From: a virus
Lineage: Duplodnaviria; Caudoviricetes
Strand: one strand, 5' to 3'
IMG/VR virus record: IMGVR_UViG_3300006133_000005
Coordinates: 1-64,000 of that record
DNA: 64,000 nucleotides
In this document: in pieces, positions 25,668 to 35,168 of the stretch
Layout: each line of letters begins with the position of its first letter
How positions within the stretch are numbered: position 1 is the stretch's first letter
Notes under the pieces: model-generated
The model's database searches: none
What the model was told of the DNA's origin: nothing
What the model saw: only the letters and a program-made list of their open reading frames with translations
Program-made: the position numbers and the translations under genes

Positions 25668-26522
25668 TCATATGTTATTTTTTTTAAATACACCCTTGAT
25701 ACTTGATTTTTTTTTAGCAAGAACAGCTTTATTCTTAAGAAGAGGTTCATATTCTTCGTCATCTTCTTCGTCCTCGTCTTCATCATAGCTAACAAGATTT
25801 TTACGTCCTTTGTACTTATCTCTGGAAGACTTATCTCTTCTCGGACGTTCCTCGTAATCATCTTCTTCGTCCTCGTCTTCATCATCCTCATCAGCATCAT
25901 AGTCAGGGAGATACATTTTAAGCTGTTCCTCAACAATTGCATACAAAGACTCCATAGTACCGTCAAAAGATTCTTTCAGCTTATCAGGTAACATATTAGA
26001 AATCTTAGCCTTTGTAAGAGGTGATACCTCATCAGTTCTCTCAATCATATAAGAGGTATCTGTACCTGTTCCTGTTCGAGAGATTTCATAGTCACGGTCA
26101 GTAAGACCATAACGATTAGACAGTCTGTCGAGCTGTGAAAGTACTCTTGTTCCTGCAACATAAAGCTTTAAAGAGCCCTTGACAGTCTTTTTCTTGCCCT
26201 TGCTATCTTTTGTTTCAAATTCAGTGTAGTCCCAAATAAGGAAAGCACCTTTGAATGAAGACTTGTTACCCTCATCACAATATGGGCAATCTTTGTCCTG
26301 TGTACACAGGAATGAGTCATAACACTCTTTTCCATTTTTGAACACCTTTACAGTATGCTCATTAAAGTTAATAGGCTCTTCGGTAAGGAAACGTACTCTT
26401 GCTTCTGCTCCGTCACCAGAAAGAAAAAAACGAAACAATCTCTTACCCATTTGCTCTCTTATTTCTTCCTGTCTCTTCTTTTCCTGTCTTGCGGCTTCAT
26501 AGCCTTTCTTAAACAATGCCAT
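25668..26522 (-). CDS. Single-stranded DNA-binding protein (gp32-like)
   Basis: ARVRFL...H...C...CPYC core with a strongly acidic tail. Confidence 0.75.
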   Translation of the reverse strand: MALFKKGYEAARQEKKRQEEIREQMGKRLFRFFLSGDGAEARVRFLTEEPINFNEHTVKVFKNGKECYDSFLCTQDKDCPYCDEGNKSSFKGAFLIWDYTEFETKDSKGKKKTVKGSLKLYVAGTRVLSQLDRLSNRYGLTDRDYEISRTGTGTDTSYMIERTDEVSPLTKAKISNMLPDKLKESFDGTMESLYAIVEEQLKMYLPDYDADEDDEDEDEEDDYEERPRRDKSSRDKYKGRKNLVSYDEDEDEEDDEEYEPLLKNKAVLAKKKSSIKGVFKKNNI

Positions 26523-26579
26523 TCTCTTTTACCTCCATTTTAATAATCTCATTTAATTCTACTTAAACGGCATGAATAC

Positions 26580-26608
26580 ATTATAGCACAGTCTGAAATT
26601 TATGTCAA
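26580..26608 (-). promoter_or_regulatory. Consensus sigma-A promoter
   Basis: TTGACA-17bp-TATAAT with TG extension. Confidence 0.9.
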
Positions 26609-26616
26609 ATAGACCA

Positions 26617-27636
26617 CTATAGTCTTGGTAATTCTGTAACCCCCATATACTTTGCTGACTCTATAACTTTAACTGTCTCTAACTCTCCCCATTCACAAGG
26701 GTCTTTTCCAAACTTAGGTGTGTATGAGGGCAAATAAATATGCAAATCCTTACTTAAATACTTCTTAGCAGTATCTAATAAAATCTTTCCTCTCTCGTCA
26801 AGGTCACAAAGTATAATAAGCTTTCTGCATCTGCTTTTTATCTGCTCTGCTTGCTCTCTGCTGACCTTATTTGTCATTGTGGCTATAGCATTAGGAAAAC
26901 CCCATTTATTAAGCATAATAACATCAAAACAAGCTTCTACAAGTATTAGAGTATCTTCTACTACTTCAACCTTATCAAGCGGATAAATGAGCTTACTCTT
27001 TTTAAACTCATACACCTTAAATCTACCATTCTTAGGTCTGTCGGGGTCAATGTATCTTCCAATAACTCCAGCAAGCTTTTCATCTTCCCAAAAGACAGGT
27101 ATAGTAACAGTCTCTTCTTTAAGGTCACGACCTATCATAAAGGTTTTCATATCCTCTTTGTCAAAACCTCTATCAAAGAAGTACTGATAAGTCTCTTTTC
27201 CGCTTTTAAAAGGTGCAAGAGTTGATAGAGGTTTTACTTCCCTATCATCTTCAATTTTATCTATGTCGATACATTTGTCCTCGTATCTGTGCAAGATTAC
27301 ATTTGAATCTCTTGACATAAACCGTGTAGTAATTCCGTATCTCTGTCGGAGAAACTTTTCTGCTTTTCCAACAGATTTAAACCTGTCTGGTAAAGACTTA
27401 TACAAAAGATAAGCTATAGACCCACTTTCACCACATGAGAAACAATTAAATACTTGTCCGTGTAAGTCTGGTTCGTCAGGAGGACAATAATCAATATCAA
27501 TACCACATGACGGATTTCTCTCACCATGTATAGTACAACAAAACTGTATCTTGTTACCTTTCCAGTCATTCATTTTAGGAGTGTCAAGGACATTTATTAA
27601 TAAGTCCTCAATCTGCTCTTTGCTGAACACACCCAT
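26617..27636 (-). CDS. DnaG-like DNA primase
   Basis: CTIHGERNPS...FNCFSCG zinc finger; TOPRIM LVEACFD, CDLDERG, KDP. Confidence 0.9.
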   Translation of the reverse strand: MGVFSKEQIEDLLINVLDTPKMNDWKGNKIQFCCTIHGERNPSCGIDIDYCPPDEPDLHGQVFNCFSCGESGSIAYLLYKSLPDRFKSVGKAEKFLRQRYGITTRFMSRDSNVILHRYEDKCIDIDKIEDDREVKPLSTLAPFKSGKETYQYFFDRGFDKEDMKTFMIGRDLKEETVTIPVFWEDEKLAGVIGRYIDPDRPKNGRFKVYEFKKSKLIYPLDKVEVVEDTLILVEACFDVIMLNKWGFPNAIATMTNKVSREQAEQIKSRCRKLIILCDLDERGKILLDTAKKYLSKDLHIYLPSYTPKFGKDPCEWGELETVKVIESAKYMGVTELPRL

Positions 27637-28369
27637 ACTTGCTCATATCCTTTATTTCTTTATTATTAAGCAGGTCTAAACCTATCTCAAAATACTGCTT
27701 GTCTATTTCACAACCAATAAACTTCCTATTTAACTTCTTACAAGCTATTGCAGTTGTGAAAATTCCTGCAAAGGGGTCTACTACAAGTTCTCCCTCTTTA
27801 CTGGAATTCTGTATAAGTATTTCCATAAGCTCAACAGGTTTCGCAGTAACATGAAGAACTGAACCTTTACTGTCTTTAGGTTTCTTATTAGGTACTCTTA
27901 AGATGTCACTTGTTCCACAATCATTTATTTGTACACCTCTTCCTTTACGGAAAAATAAAATATACTCAAACTGTGACATATAAAATTTGCCCATAATCTT
28001 ATTTCCCTTGTCCCAAATGAGTGATTTAACAAAGTGAAAACCAACGGCTGTAAATGAGTTTATCATCTCTTGTAGGTTTACATGGTTACACATGACATAA
28101 CAATGACTACCATCTTTTAACACTCTAAACATTGCTTTTGCGTAATCTTTGGGCACTAAGTCATTGTGTTTAAACATTCGTCCTTTCTTACAAATGTCAG
28201 TCTGCATCATTCCACCTGATGTTCCTGCGTTACCTCTTGAAGTGGTTTTATACGGAGGGTCAGTCACTATTAAGTCTACAGAACACTCCCTAAGGCTATT
28301 TAGAGTACTTACACCGTCTTGATATAAACACTGTATGCTATTGTGTTTTGACTTCTTTACTAACCGCAC
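27608..28369 (-). CDS. Beta-class N6-A/N4-C DNA methyltransferase
   Basis: DLIVTDPPY, IWDK, KPVEL, VVDPFAG, FIGCEID; GTG start after GGAGG. Confidence 0.88.
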   Translation of the reverse strand: MRLVKKSKHNSIQCLYQDGVSTLNSLRECSVDLIVTDPPYKTTSRGNAGTSGGMMQTDICKKGRMFKHNDLVPKDYAKAMFRVLKDGSHCYVMCNHVNLQEMINSFTAVGFHFVKSLIWDKGNKIMGKFYMSQFEYILFFRKGRGVQINDCGTSDILRVPNKKPKDSKGSVLHVTAKPVELMEILIQNSSKEGELVVDPFAGIFTTAIACKKLNRKFIGCEIDKQYFEIGLDLLNNKEIKDMSKYGCVQQRAD

Positions 28370-28725
28370 AGAGCTTCCCTCCAATCAAAACATACAGCTT
28401 GTTCATAGCTTATGTTTTTGTTGGACTTGAAAACTTCACCTCTACAGGCTAATTTTCTGTCTACTACCATAAACTTATTTGACAACTGTACTGGAACGGG
28501 ATAAAAATATTCATTAGGGTATGAAATATAGTTGTCCTTTAATATCTCTTCAACTTGTTTTTGGTCATAAATAATGTGGTTTCTTACAAGGTTTATGTTC
28601 ACACCATCTTCCCATGCAGGGTCAGGACAACCGTTGTTGAATATGTCTTTCCACCTTTTAAAATCATTGTGTATTAACACACCTAACTCTTTTGAAGTAG
28701 GTAGTCTATTTTTTTTCTTACCCAT
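28360..28725 (-). CDS. Hypothetical protein, 121 aa
   Basis: GGAGG RBS; GCPDPAWEDGVNINLVRNHI. Confidence 0.75.
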   Translation of the reverse strand: MGKKKNRLPTSKELGVLIHNDFKRWKDIFNNGCPDPAWEDGVNINLVRNHIIYDQKQVEEILKDNYISYPNEYFYPVPVQLSNKFMVVDRKLACRGEVFKSNKNISYEQAVCFDWREALCG

Positions 28726-28737
28726 AGTAAATCCTCC

Positions 28738-28911
28738 TTAAAATGTAGCTCTGTCATACTGTGATTGTGTTATCTCACCATTCTTACACAAGCTGTCTAT
28801 AAAGCAAGACCACTGAAACTGTACTTTGCAATAGTCATCTTTTCTCGCTCTGAGATAAGCTGTATAGTCACTGTTAAAGACTTCGATAACAAATCTTCTC
28901 TTAAGTGTCAT
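28738..28911 (-). CDS. 57-aa hypothetical protein, not in the ORF track
   Basis: AAGGAGG RBS; MTLKRRFVIEVF...QYDRATF; fills the gap exactly. Confidence 0.7.
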   Translation of the reverse strand: MTLKRRFVIEVFNSDYTAYLRARKDDYCKVQFQWSCFIDSLCKNGEITQSQYDRATF

Positions 28912-28961
28912 AATCAATTCCTCCTTAACTGTTCTCCTCTAATCGAATACATAGCATAGCT

Positions 28962-30314
28962 TTAGTCCTCCATTATATCAAGAGTGTTATCTTTTGAGGA
29001 GTGTTTCACACCCTCAGAATCTTCACTTTCTGTTTCAAACTCCTCAGCTTCATTAGTGTCTGCATAAATTTCTGAAAAGTCCATAATGTCAAAGTTCCAG
29101 TTCAATAAAAGCTTTCCGAGAATACCCTCACGCTGTTTGAGAACTTTAAGAGCCATTTCTTTATCATTTATCATTACTTCATCTCTAAACAATGCCCACA
29201 CATCATCACTATCTTGTCCAATAGCTTGTGTGTACATAATAGAGCCTAACTCTGGTCCTGTTTTCTTACTGGTATTCTTGTCAGCCTGAGTATTTATAAG
29301 AATAGGCTTCTTACACCTCTTTGCAAGCTTCTTAAGGTCACGAGTAATATGTGCTACTCTTAACCAGTCGTCTTTTGCTCCTTGGTCATCTTCCATGAGG
29401 TATGCAGAGTCAATAAAAACTACATCAGGGTCATATTTTTCAATATCAGCAGATAATCCCATTACACCTGTTGCTGTTGTTATATACAAGGGTTCAAAGT
29501 TGGGCAAATCATTTTCCAGAAATTCAAAATATAGCTTTTCTGTCTTTAAATCTAATGCTCCGCTTTTAAAAGCATTATAATTAAAAGGCTCACCATAACA
29601 CATAGAGAACAGCATAGCTTCATATCTGTCCCTCATTATATCTTCTGACATTTCAGTTACACACTGTAAAACCCTATAGTTTTGCAACTGTAAATAAGAA
29701 CCCATAATAATTTCAAGCCACGTCTTACCAACACCAGTATTAGCTATGACTGTCGTAAGAGTACTATTCTTGAGTCCCTTAGTTATGTAGTCAAGCTTAC
29801 TGAAACCAGTAGGAAGACCTTGCATACCCTTATTCTTTTTCTTTTCAAGGTAAGCATCTTTTCTACTCTGAGTATCTTTTGTAATATCCACATCAGTGGT
29901 TTCAGTTACTTCAGACTCAATATAAGCTATTGACTTCTTAATTAATGTATAAGCATCCTCTGACTCATAGTCCTGTAACTTAGTTGCCGCTTTTTCTACA
30001 GTTTCGGCAATAAAGTTGTGTCTTACCTTTTTCTTTACTTCATTACACCAGAACTTTAAATTCTCTTCTGTACCAACTATTTTGTCACCAGAAGTATCAG
30101 TAGTATATTCCAATTTGTATCTTGGAAACTGCTGTTTAAATGCTCTCACACTTGGAACTTCACCAGTTTCCATAACAGTCTCATAAATATAGTCAAAAGC
30201 TGTACGACTATCTCCTGTAAAAAAGTCCGATTTAATATGACTGTCTTTTACTGTAAGAATATCCTTTGTCTGCAACAGCTTAGATATAAAGCCTATTTCT
30301 ACATTGTATTTCAA
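28962..30314 (-). CDS. DnaB-like replicative helicase
   Basis: ANTGVGKT, VTEMS, VFIDSAYLM, RDLKKLAK, QAIGQDSD, KQREG. Confidence 0.93.
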   Translation of the reverse strand: MKYNVEIGFISKLLQTKDILTVKDSHIKSDFFTGDSRTAFDYIYETVMETGEVPSVRAFKQQFPRYKLEYTTDTSGDKIVGTEENLKFWCNEVKKKVRHNFIAETVEKAATKLQDYESEDAYTLIKKSIAYIESEVTETTDVDITKDTQSRKDAYLEKKKNKGMQGLPTGFSKLDYITKGLKNSTLTTVIANTGVGKTWLEIIMGSYLQLQNYRVLQCVTEMSEDIMRDRYEAMLFSMCYGEPFNYNAFKSGALDLKTEKLYFEFLENDLPNFEPLYITTATGVMGLSADIEKYDPDVVFIDSAYLMEDDQGAKDDWLRVAHITRDLKKLAKRCKKPILINTQADKNTSKKTGPELGSIMYTQAIGQDSDDVWALFRDEVMINDKEMALKVLKQREGILGKLLLNWNFDIMDFSEIYADTNEAEEFETESEDSEGVKHSSKDNTLDIMED

Positions 30315-30748
30315 AGCTTTATACCTCCGTTCCTAATAATTTGGTTAAATTGGGACAAAGTAATAACATGAGAATTATTAAGAAGTCCCATTCGATTTTC
30401 TACACAGTCTACAACATAGGTTAAGTCTCCTGTCAGGAGACGTGATGTTATTTGACTATATTTATTATACAACACAATTCGACAAAAAGGCAAATCCCCA
30501 ATTAAACTCTTAAGTCCTTGATTATACTCATTCTCATTTATGATTAAATCTATGGTATACTCCGTTTGTCTGTAAGCATACTCCATTGAGTGTGATACAA
30601 GACAGTCTATTTCTGCTCTTTTTGTTTTACCGAAAATAGTGTTAAGAACTTTATCTTTAAAAGTATTCTCCTTATACTTTATGACAAAATCCTCACACAT
30701 AAATCCGAATGTTGCTCTGACCTTATTTGATATATCACCATGCAACAT
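30311..30748 (-). CDS. Hypothetical protein, 145 aa
   Basis: Tightly packed ORF overlapping its neighbours. Confidence 0.7.
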   Translation of the reverse strand: MLHGDISNKVRATFGFMCEDFVIKYKENTFKDKVLNTIFGKTKRAEIDCLVSHSMEYAYRQTEYTIDLIINENEYNQGLKSLIGDLPFCRIVLYNKYSQITSRLLTGDLTYVVDCVENRMGLLNNSHVITLSQFNQIIRNGGIKL

Positions 30749-31107
30749 TATTCCATTAAACCCTCCTTATCTAAGTCAATATCGAAATTCTCCTTAATAT
30801 AGTTAATGCAATCAACAGGAGTAAACTGATTGTTAAATACACCAGTCTGCATAATAGAAAACCAAGCTTCTACACCGGATTTAACTCTAAGAAGTCTGGT
30901 CTTTCCAAACCCGAAATCTTTGTTTAAGACTGTAAAGAACACTGAAAGAATCTGATTAGCTACATCATTCTTTACCTCTGTGTACACTAAGTCTTTTTTC
31001 TGCTCCCATTCTTCTTCAAGATATTGTAATATCTCTTCTTTAGTGAGAACCATTTTATTTTTAAAGATTTCGCTTGTTTCTTTATTTCTTCTATAATTCG
31101 CTTTCAT
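30748..31107 (-). CDS. Hypothetical protein, 119 aa
   Basis: ORF; DFGFGKTRL. Confidence 0.7.
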   Translation of the reverse strand: MKANYRRNKETSEIFKNKMVLTKEEILQYLEEEWEQKKDLVYTEVKNDVANQILSVFFTVLNKDFGFGKTRLLRVKSGVEAWFSIMQTGVFNNQFTPVDCINYIKENFDIDLDKEGLME

Positions 31108-31122
31108 TACTGCATTTCCTCA

Positions 31123-31446
31123 TCAATCGTCCAACAATGTATTTAAAATATTCTTACATAAAGTGAATGCTTTCCTTAATCTCTTCAACTCTACTATTGG
31201 ATTGGGCGTATGCTCTTGTATATACTCAACATCATTAATAGCATCATACACAGCATCAAGTAACTCCTCTAACACATCACAACAGGATATGCTTTCCCCA
31301 ACTAAGAAATCAGCGAATCCCTCACCTAAATGGTCTGACAAGTATTTCTTGTACTCCTGCTCATCTCGTATATACACACTGTCACCGTCATTTGTAAAAA
31401 GGAGTTTATCAGGGTCTACTCTTAAATGCAATTCTTTGTCATTCAT
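31123..31446 (-). CDS. Hypothetical protein, 107 aa
   Basis: ORF coupled to the upstream gene. Confidence 0.65.
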   Translation of the reverse strand: MNDKELHLRVDPDKLLFTNDGDSVYIRDEQEYKKYLSDHLGEGFADFLVGESISCCDVLEELLDAVYDAINDVEYIQEHTPNPIVELKRLRKAFTLCKNILNTLLDD

Positions 31447-32093
31447 GGTTTAACACCTCTTTTCAAACGCTTTTTAAAAGCAGTGTTCCTCTTATCTCTA
31501 CTCTCAATAGTAATAGGTACTGTATTACCTCTTAGCAAGCTCATACAGCTCTCTCCATATCTCTCTGAAAGTATATCTACATTAAGATTTGTACAGATAA
31601 TAGTGACAAGACCGTGGTCTTCTCTGTATCTTAAAAGGTCTTCTAGTATTGGTGCGGCAACTTTACTATCAATCTCTTTTCCAACTTCCTCGAGAACTAA
31701 AAACTCAACTGCTTTGTAGTAAGTATAAAGCTCGTCCTCAAACTGGTCTTTTTCTTCTACACTTCTTGCTGACCACACTTTAGTATACTTGTCTATATAG
31801 TCAACAAAGGTTGCTCTCCTTGTAGTGTATCTACGCTTGTACGCTTCTTTAAGGATAAGGCAGGAAAGCATTGTCTTTCCTACGCCGTTACTACCACATA
31901 AAAACAACCCCTTGTTATTTTCAAAATTCTTATCAAGGTTATCAAGGTACTCCCTGACAAAATTCTTTACCTCTTTCAAACAACTGTTTGACTTTGTGTC
32001 AAAATCTGATAAATTTGTATCAAGAAACGACTTAGGAATACCTATAAGACTCAAGCTTGTAGGATTTACATAAGTCCTTAATGGTCTACTCAT
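31443..32093 (-). CDS. DnaC/IstB-like ATPase (helicase loader)
   Basis: GSNGVGKT, FLVLEEVGKE, TIICTN; start moved to MSRPL. Confidence 0.85.
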   Translation of the reverse strand: MSRPLRTYVNPTSLSLIGIPKSFLDTNLSDFDTKSNSCLKEVKNFVREYLDNLDKNFENNKGLFLCGSNGVGKTMLSCLILKEAYKRRYTTRRATFVDYIDKYTKVWSARSVEEKDQFEDELYTYYKAVEFLVLEEVGKEIDSKVAAPILEDLLRYREDHGLVTIICTNLNVDILSERYGESCMSLLRGNTVPITIESRDKRNTAFKKRLKRGVKP

Positions 32094-32637
32094 CTCTCCA
32101 GTCTCCAATCTTTGTTTTATTACTCTTAGTCTTTTTCCACTCTCTCTTGTCGGTATAGCTGTTTGACTTACTCTTTTTATCAATGTAACTGTCATTCGCC
32201 CAATCAATGCTATCTTGATAAATGGTATTTACCCAGTTACTTGCAAGGACTGTTGGCTGTGTCCTGCTTATGTCAAGATATGTCTGGTCACCAGAAAAAA
32301 TAAACTCTATCATAAGAAGTATTTCTGATATAGAGAAACTTTCCTTTAATCTCTTAAAGATACCCATATCACGCTTCATGTTAGCTATAACATACTTAGC
32401 TCCTGCTTCTCTGGACTTCTCTCTAAAGAAGTAGACTAAATCATGTGTTGTAAACCTGTTGAAGCTTTGCTCCAAATCATTATACTTTGAAAGAAAATTT
32501 TCGTAGCTTGTATGCTGTGTACCACTTGTTTTCTTACGTTCTGGAACTCCTTTAAGGTCTGTATTGATGCTTTCTGTGGATTGACCTCTTGCTTTTCTAA
32601 AGCAGTCTGAAAGGTCTGTATTGAACTTTATACCCAT
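32086..32637 (-). CDS. Hypothetical protein, possibly the replication initiator partner of the loader
   Basis: Overlaps the DnaC-like start; function inferred from position. Confidence 0.4.
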   Translation of the reverse strand: MGIKFNTDLSDCFRKARGQSTESINTDLKGVPERKKTSGTQHTSYENFLSKYNDLEQSFNRFTTHDLVYFFREKSREAGAKYVIANMKRDMGIFKRLKESFSISEILLMIEFIFSGDQTYLDISRTQPTVLASNWVNTIYQDSIDWANDSYIDKKSKSNSYTDKREWKKTKSNKTKIGDWRDE

Positions 32638-32681
32638 TTAACTTTGCACCTCTATTAACTTAGAAATATTATAATATACTC

Positions 32682-32710
32682 ATTATACTACAAATTGCAA
32701 TTATCGTCAA
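32682..32710 (-). promoter_or_regulatory. Sigma-A promoter
   Basis: TTGACG-17bp-TATAAT. Confidence 0.8.
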
Positions 32711-32716
32711 AATTAA

Positions 32717-32742
32717 AGGAGCAACCTTAAAGAGTTGCTCCT
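32717..32742 (-). terminator. Intrinsic terminator
   Basis: aggagcaac / gttgctcct stem. Confidence 0.65.
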
Positions 32743-32749
32743 GATATGT

Positions 32750-33076
32750 TTATTCGCCTACTGTATTGCATATTGCATTTTCAAGAGCCTTGTCAATAAA
32801 TGCTTCGATTCGTATAAGTGCCTGTTCTTTTGTCTCATTAGGCTGTACAGTGTCACTAAGCCATACATCAACTCTTAAACTTTCATAATTGTCCATGTTC
32901 TTTGTGACACCTTTACTCATACCGACAATTGGCTGAGACTTAGGGTCATGTTTAACAGCGTGGTCTAAAGGATTTCCACCTTTAAGTGTTTCAACTTCTC
33001 CGCTGGACTTCTTCTGAATAGTGGTATTCTCTTCTGCTTTCTCTGCAAGTCCTTTTTTTCTCTTTAATACTGCCAT
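32750..33076 (-). CDS. Hypothetical protein, 108 aa
   Basis: ORF; NYESLRVDV motif. Confidence 0.7.
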   Translation of the reverse strand: MAVLKRKKGLAEKAEENTTIQKKSSGEVETLKGGNPLDHAVKHDPKSQPIVGMSKGVTKNMDNYESLRVDVWLSDTVQPNETKEQALIRIEAFIDKALENAICNTVGE

Positions 33077-33078
33077 AA

Positions 33079-33540
33079 TTACACCTCAGCATTTACTTTA
33101 GGCAATACAATACCCTCAATTACTGCCCTTGTTTCAAGACAAGTAATATAATCTCTCATAGCTCTTATCTGGAAGTTATAAGTTCCTTTAGGACAAGCTG
33201 GGATAAAGTCAAGCTCATCATTTTCCAACTTGTTCAGCATAGACTCAAGTTTTGTAAACCTTACTACAGTCTGGGTATACTCTGCTATAAAGCGTTCTTT
33301 ATAGTCCGCACTCACCATAAAGAGAGCAGTATCAGATAGAGGATTTACTCCTATCTCATGGTATGCTTCTTCAAACTGCTTTTTGGGTGACCATGAAACA
33401 TAACCGTCAGAGTACTCAATAACATAACCCTCATCAGCAGGATTTTCATTCTCAGGAATTATCCAACCTCTGTAGTCATTGTAAGCACCTCTGGTCATAG
33501 GTTTTGCTTCAATTTTCTTAATACCAATATAGCTCTTCAT
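33079..33540 (-). CDS. Conserved phage protein (DUF2829-like plus crAss001_48-like halves)
   Basis: YIGIKKIEAKPMTRG...GYVSWSPK..FEEAY; ERFIAEY...QIRAMRDY..CLE.RA. Confidence 0.6.
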   Translation of the reverse strand: MKSYIGIKKIEAKPMTRGAYNDYRGWIIPENENPADEGYVIEYSDGYVSWSPKKQFEEAYHEIGVNPLSDTALFMVSADYKERFIAEYTQTVVRFTKLESMLNKLENDELDFIPACPKGTYNFQIRAMRDYITCLETRAVIEGIVLPKVNAEV

Positions 33541-33550
33541 GATTATCACC

Positions 33551-33874
33551 TCACTTCTTTAATTCAAGATGCATGAGAATATCGGAAGACTTGATAACAA
33601 ACTGCGCCTCATATTCACTATTAGCAAGAGTAGCAACGACTTTGTTTCCCTTGTCGCTATACCCGATAAGCTCGAAATGTTTACCCTTGAGATTAAATTC
33701 GTCCTGCAAGAGTTCAATAACGCTGTTCATTTTCTTAGATGATACCTTAGTAACATCTTCAATGTACTGCTCTCCGTCTGCATCAAGCACTTCTTTCTCA
33801 TCCTCATTCATATAAGGGGACTGCTCTTTGTTAGTATCAGTCGCATCAGCGGATATTTTTTTGAGTGTTGTCAT
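33551..33874 (-). CDS. Hypothetical protein, 107 aa
   Basis: ORF with GGAGGT RBS. Confidence 0.7.
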   Translation of the reverse strand: MTTLKKISADATDTNKEQSPYMNEDEKEVLDADGEQYIEDVTKVSSKKMNSVIELLQDEFNLKGKHFELIGYSDKGNKVVATLANSEYEAQFVIKSSDILMHLELKK

Positions 33875-33876
33875 TT

Positions 33877-34194
33877 TTACTTACCTCCAAAATATTTTTT
33901 ATGCAATTCTTCAAAAGCTTTATGACAGTCCTCACTAAAATTAGTAAGCGCCAAGCTTTTTCCACGCATAATTTTATTAACTTCTGCACTATGAACAATA
34001 GCTTGTATCTGTTCCTCTGTGTACAGACGTTTACCATATTTGTCTCTGAACCATGTTTCGGGTATAATACCTTTGCTCTCCCACATACGAACAGCAACAG
34101 TAGTTCTATTTAGTCTCTTTGCAAGAACACCTATGTGGTAAACTTTAACTTTCTTTCCACCTATAGTGGTAACTTTGTGTTCACTTGCAGGCAC
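33877..34194 (-). CDS. MerR-type HTH DNA-binding protein
   Basis: YHIGVLAKRLNRTTVAVRMWESKGIIP...RLYT. Confidence 0.8.
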   Translation of the reverse strand: MPASEHKVTTIGGKKVKVYHIGVLAKRLNRTTVAVRMWESKGIIPETWFRDKYGKRLYTEEQIQAIVHSAEVNKIMRGKSLALTNFSEDCHKAFEELHKKYFGGK

Positions 34195-34200
34195 TATAAA

Positions 34201-34578
34201 TCACACCTTTTTAGCTTTTTCATCACGCTCAACAACTTCAAGATAAACGAGAGTCATAGTAGCGTAGTTTGCAATATCAACAAGAGTGTCCTTAATAGAC
34301 TCATCAAGTGGGTCAATATCAGGATTCTTTACCATAAACTTAAGTCTACTAAGTTTATCTCCGAGACGCATTATTACAGAAGATAAATCTCCGTCTTCTT
34401 CACACTGCTTAAAAAAAGCGGCATCATACCTCTTATTTTTCTGCTCAAAGAGTTCAGCACCTTTCTTCTGCTCTTCTTTGAATAGATAATTAATAAATCC
34501 GAGTTCAACAAGAGTAAGCTCTTTATCAAAGTTCTTGAAAGATTCTCTTGTATGTTCTCCATTATATACGTTTCCCAA
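34201..34578 (-). CDS. DUF1599 / nucleotide-modification-associated domain 1 protein
   Basis: KNKRYD.AF, RLGDKLSRL, DESIKDTLVDIANYA. Confidence 0.8.
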   Translation of the reverse strand: MGNVYNGEHTRESFKNFDKELTLVELGFINYLFKEEQKKGAELFEQKNKRYDAAFFKQCEEDGDLSSVIMRLGDKLSRLKFMVKNPDIDPLDESIKDTLVDIANYATMTLVYLEVVERDEKAKKV

Positions 34579-34589
34579 TATGTGTTACC

Positions 34590-35084
34590 TCACTTTCTCT
34601 TTAACACAGGCTTTTTCTTACTTGCCGCAATCACAGTCTGCTGTACTTCAACAACCTCTTCTTTCGGCTTGACTACCACTGCATATGAGGACTTTGTAGT
34701 TGTTATTTTTTCAAGCTCTTCAATAGTAATATCACCGTCACTGAAACGTCTATTAACAGCAGATTCGTCAATCTTAGGTACAAGCTTTATACACTCATCA
34801 AATCCTTTTGACTGAAAAAACTTTGAAGCCTTATCCTCATCAAAGCTGACGGACTTCTTACACTGTGCTCCAAATGTGAATTTAGGATTTTCAGAATAGA
34901 AAGAACCATTACCATCTTTAACACCATTAGCAAGAGCATAAGACTTAATAGCATCAGCAAGAACTTTCTTTCTATCAGCTATCTGTTTCTCCTGTTTTCT
35001 GAGTGCTTCGTACTCTGCAACCATTTCATTCACAAGACCCTCACTTGGCGCAATTGCAGAGTGTTCATTCTTTTTTTTTGTCAC
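34590..35084 (-). CDS. Hypothetical protein, possibly Gam/gp157-like
   Basis: N-terminal coiled coil; weak resemblance only. Confidence 0.35.
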   Translation of the reverse strand: MTKKKNEHSAIAPSEGLVNEMVAEYEALRKQEKQIADRKKVLADAIKSYALANGVKDGNGSFYSENPKFTFGAQCKKSVSFDEDKASKFFQSKGFDECIKLVPKIDESAVNRRFSDGDITIEELEKITTTKSSYAVVVKPKEEVVEVQQTVIAASKKKPVLKRK

Positions 35085-35135
35085 TTTTAATTACCTCCAT
35101 TTTTGAAAATTGTACTATACTTTTACAGCAATAAC

Positions 35136-35164
35136 AGTATATCATGTATAGAAAATGTTGTCAA
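35136..35164 (-). promoter_or_regulatory. Sigma-A promoter
   Basis: TTGACA-17bp-TATACT with TG extension. Confidence 0.85.
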
Positions 35165-35168
35165 ATGG

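Noticed and set aside
32750-33076. DHA at about residue 40 as another HA leader
   Set aside because: It lacks the small residue at -3 and the upstream hydrophobic patch, and the gene is not in a virion context.
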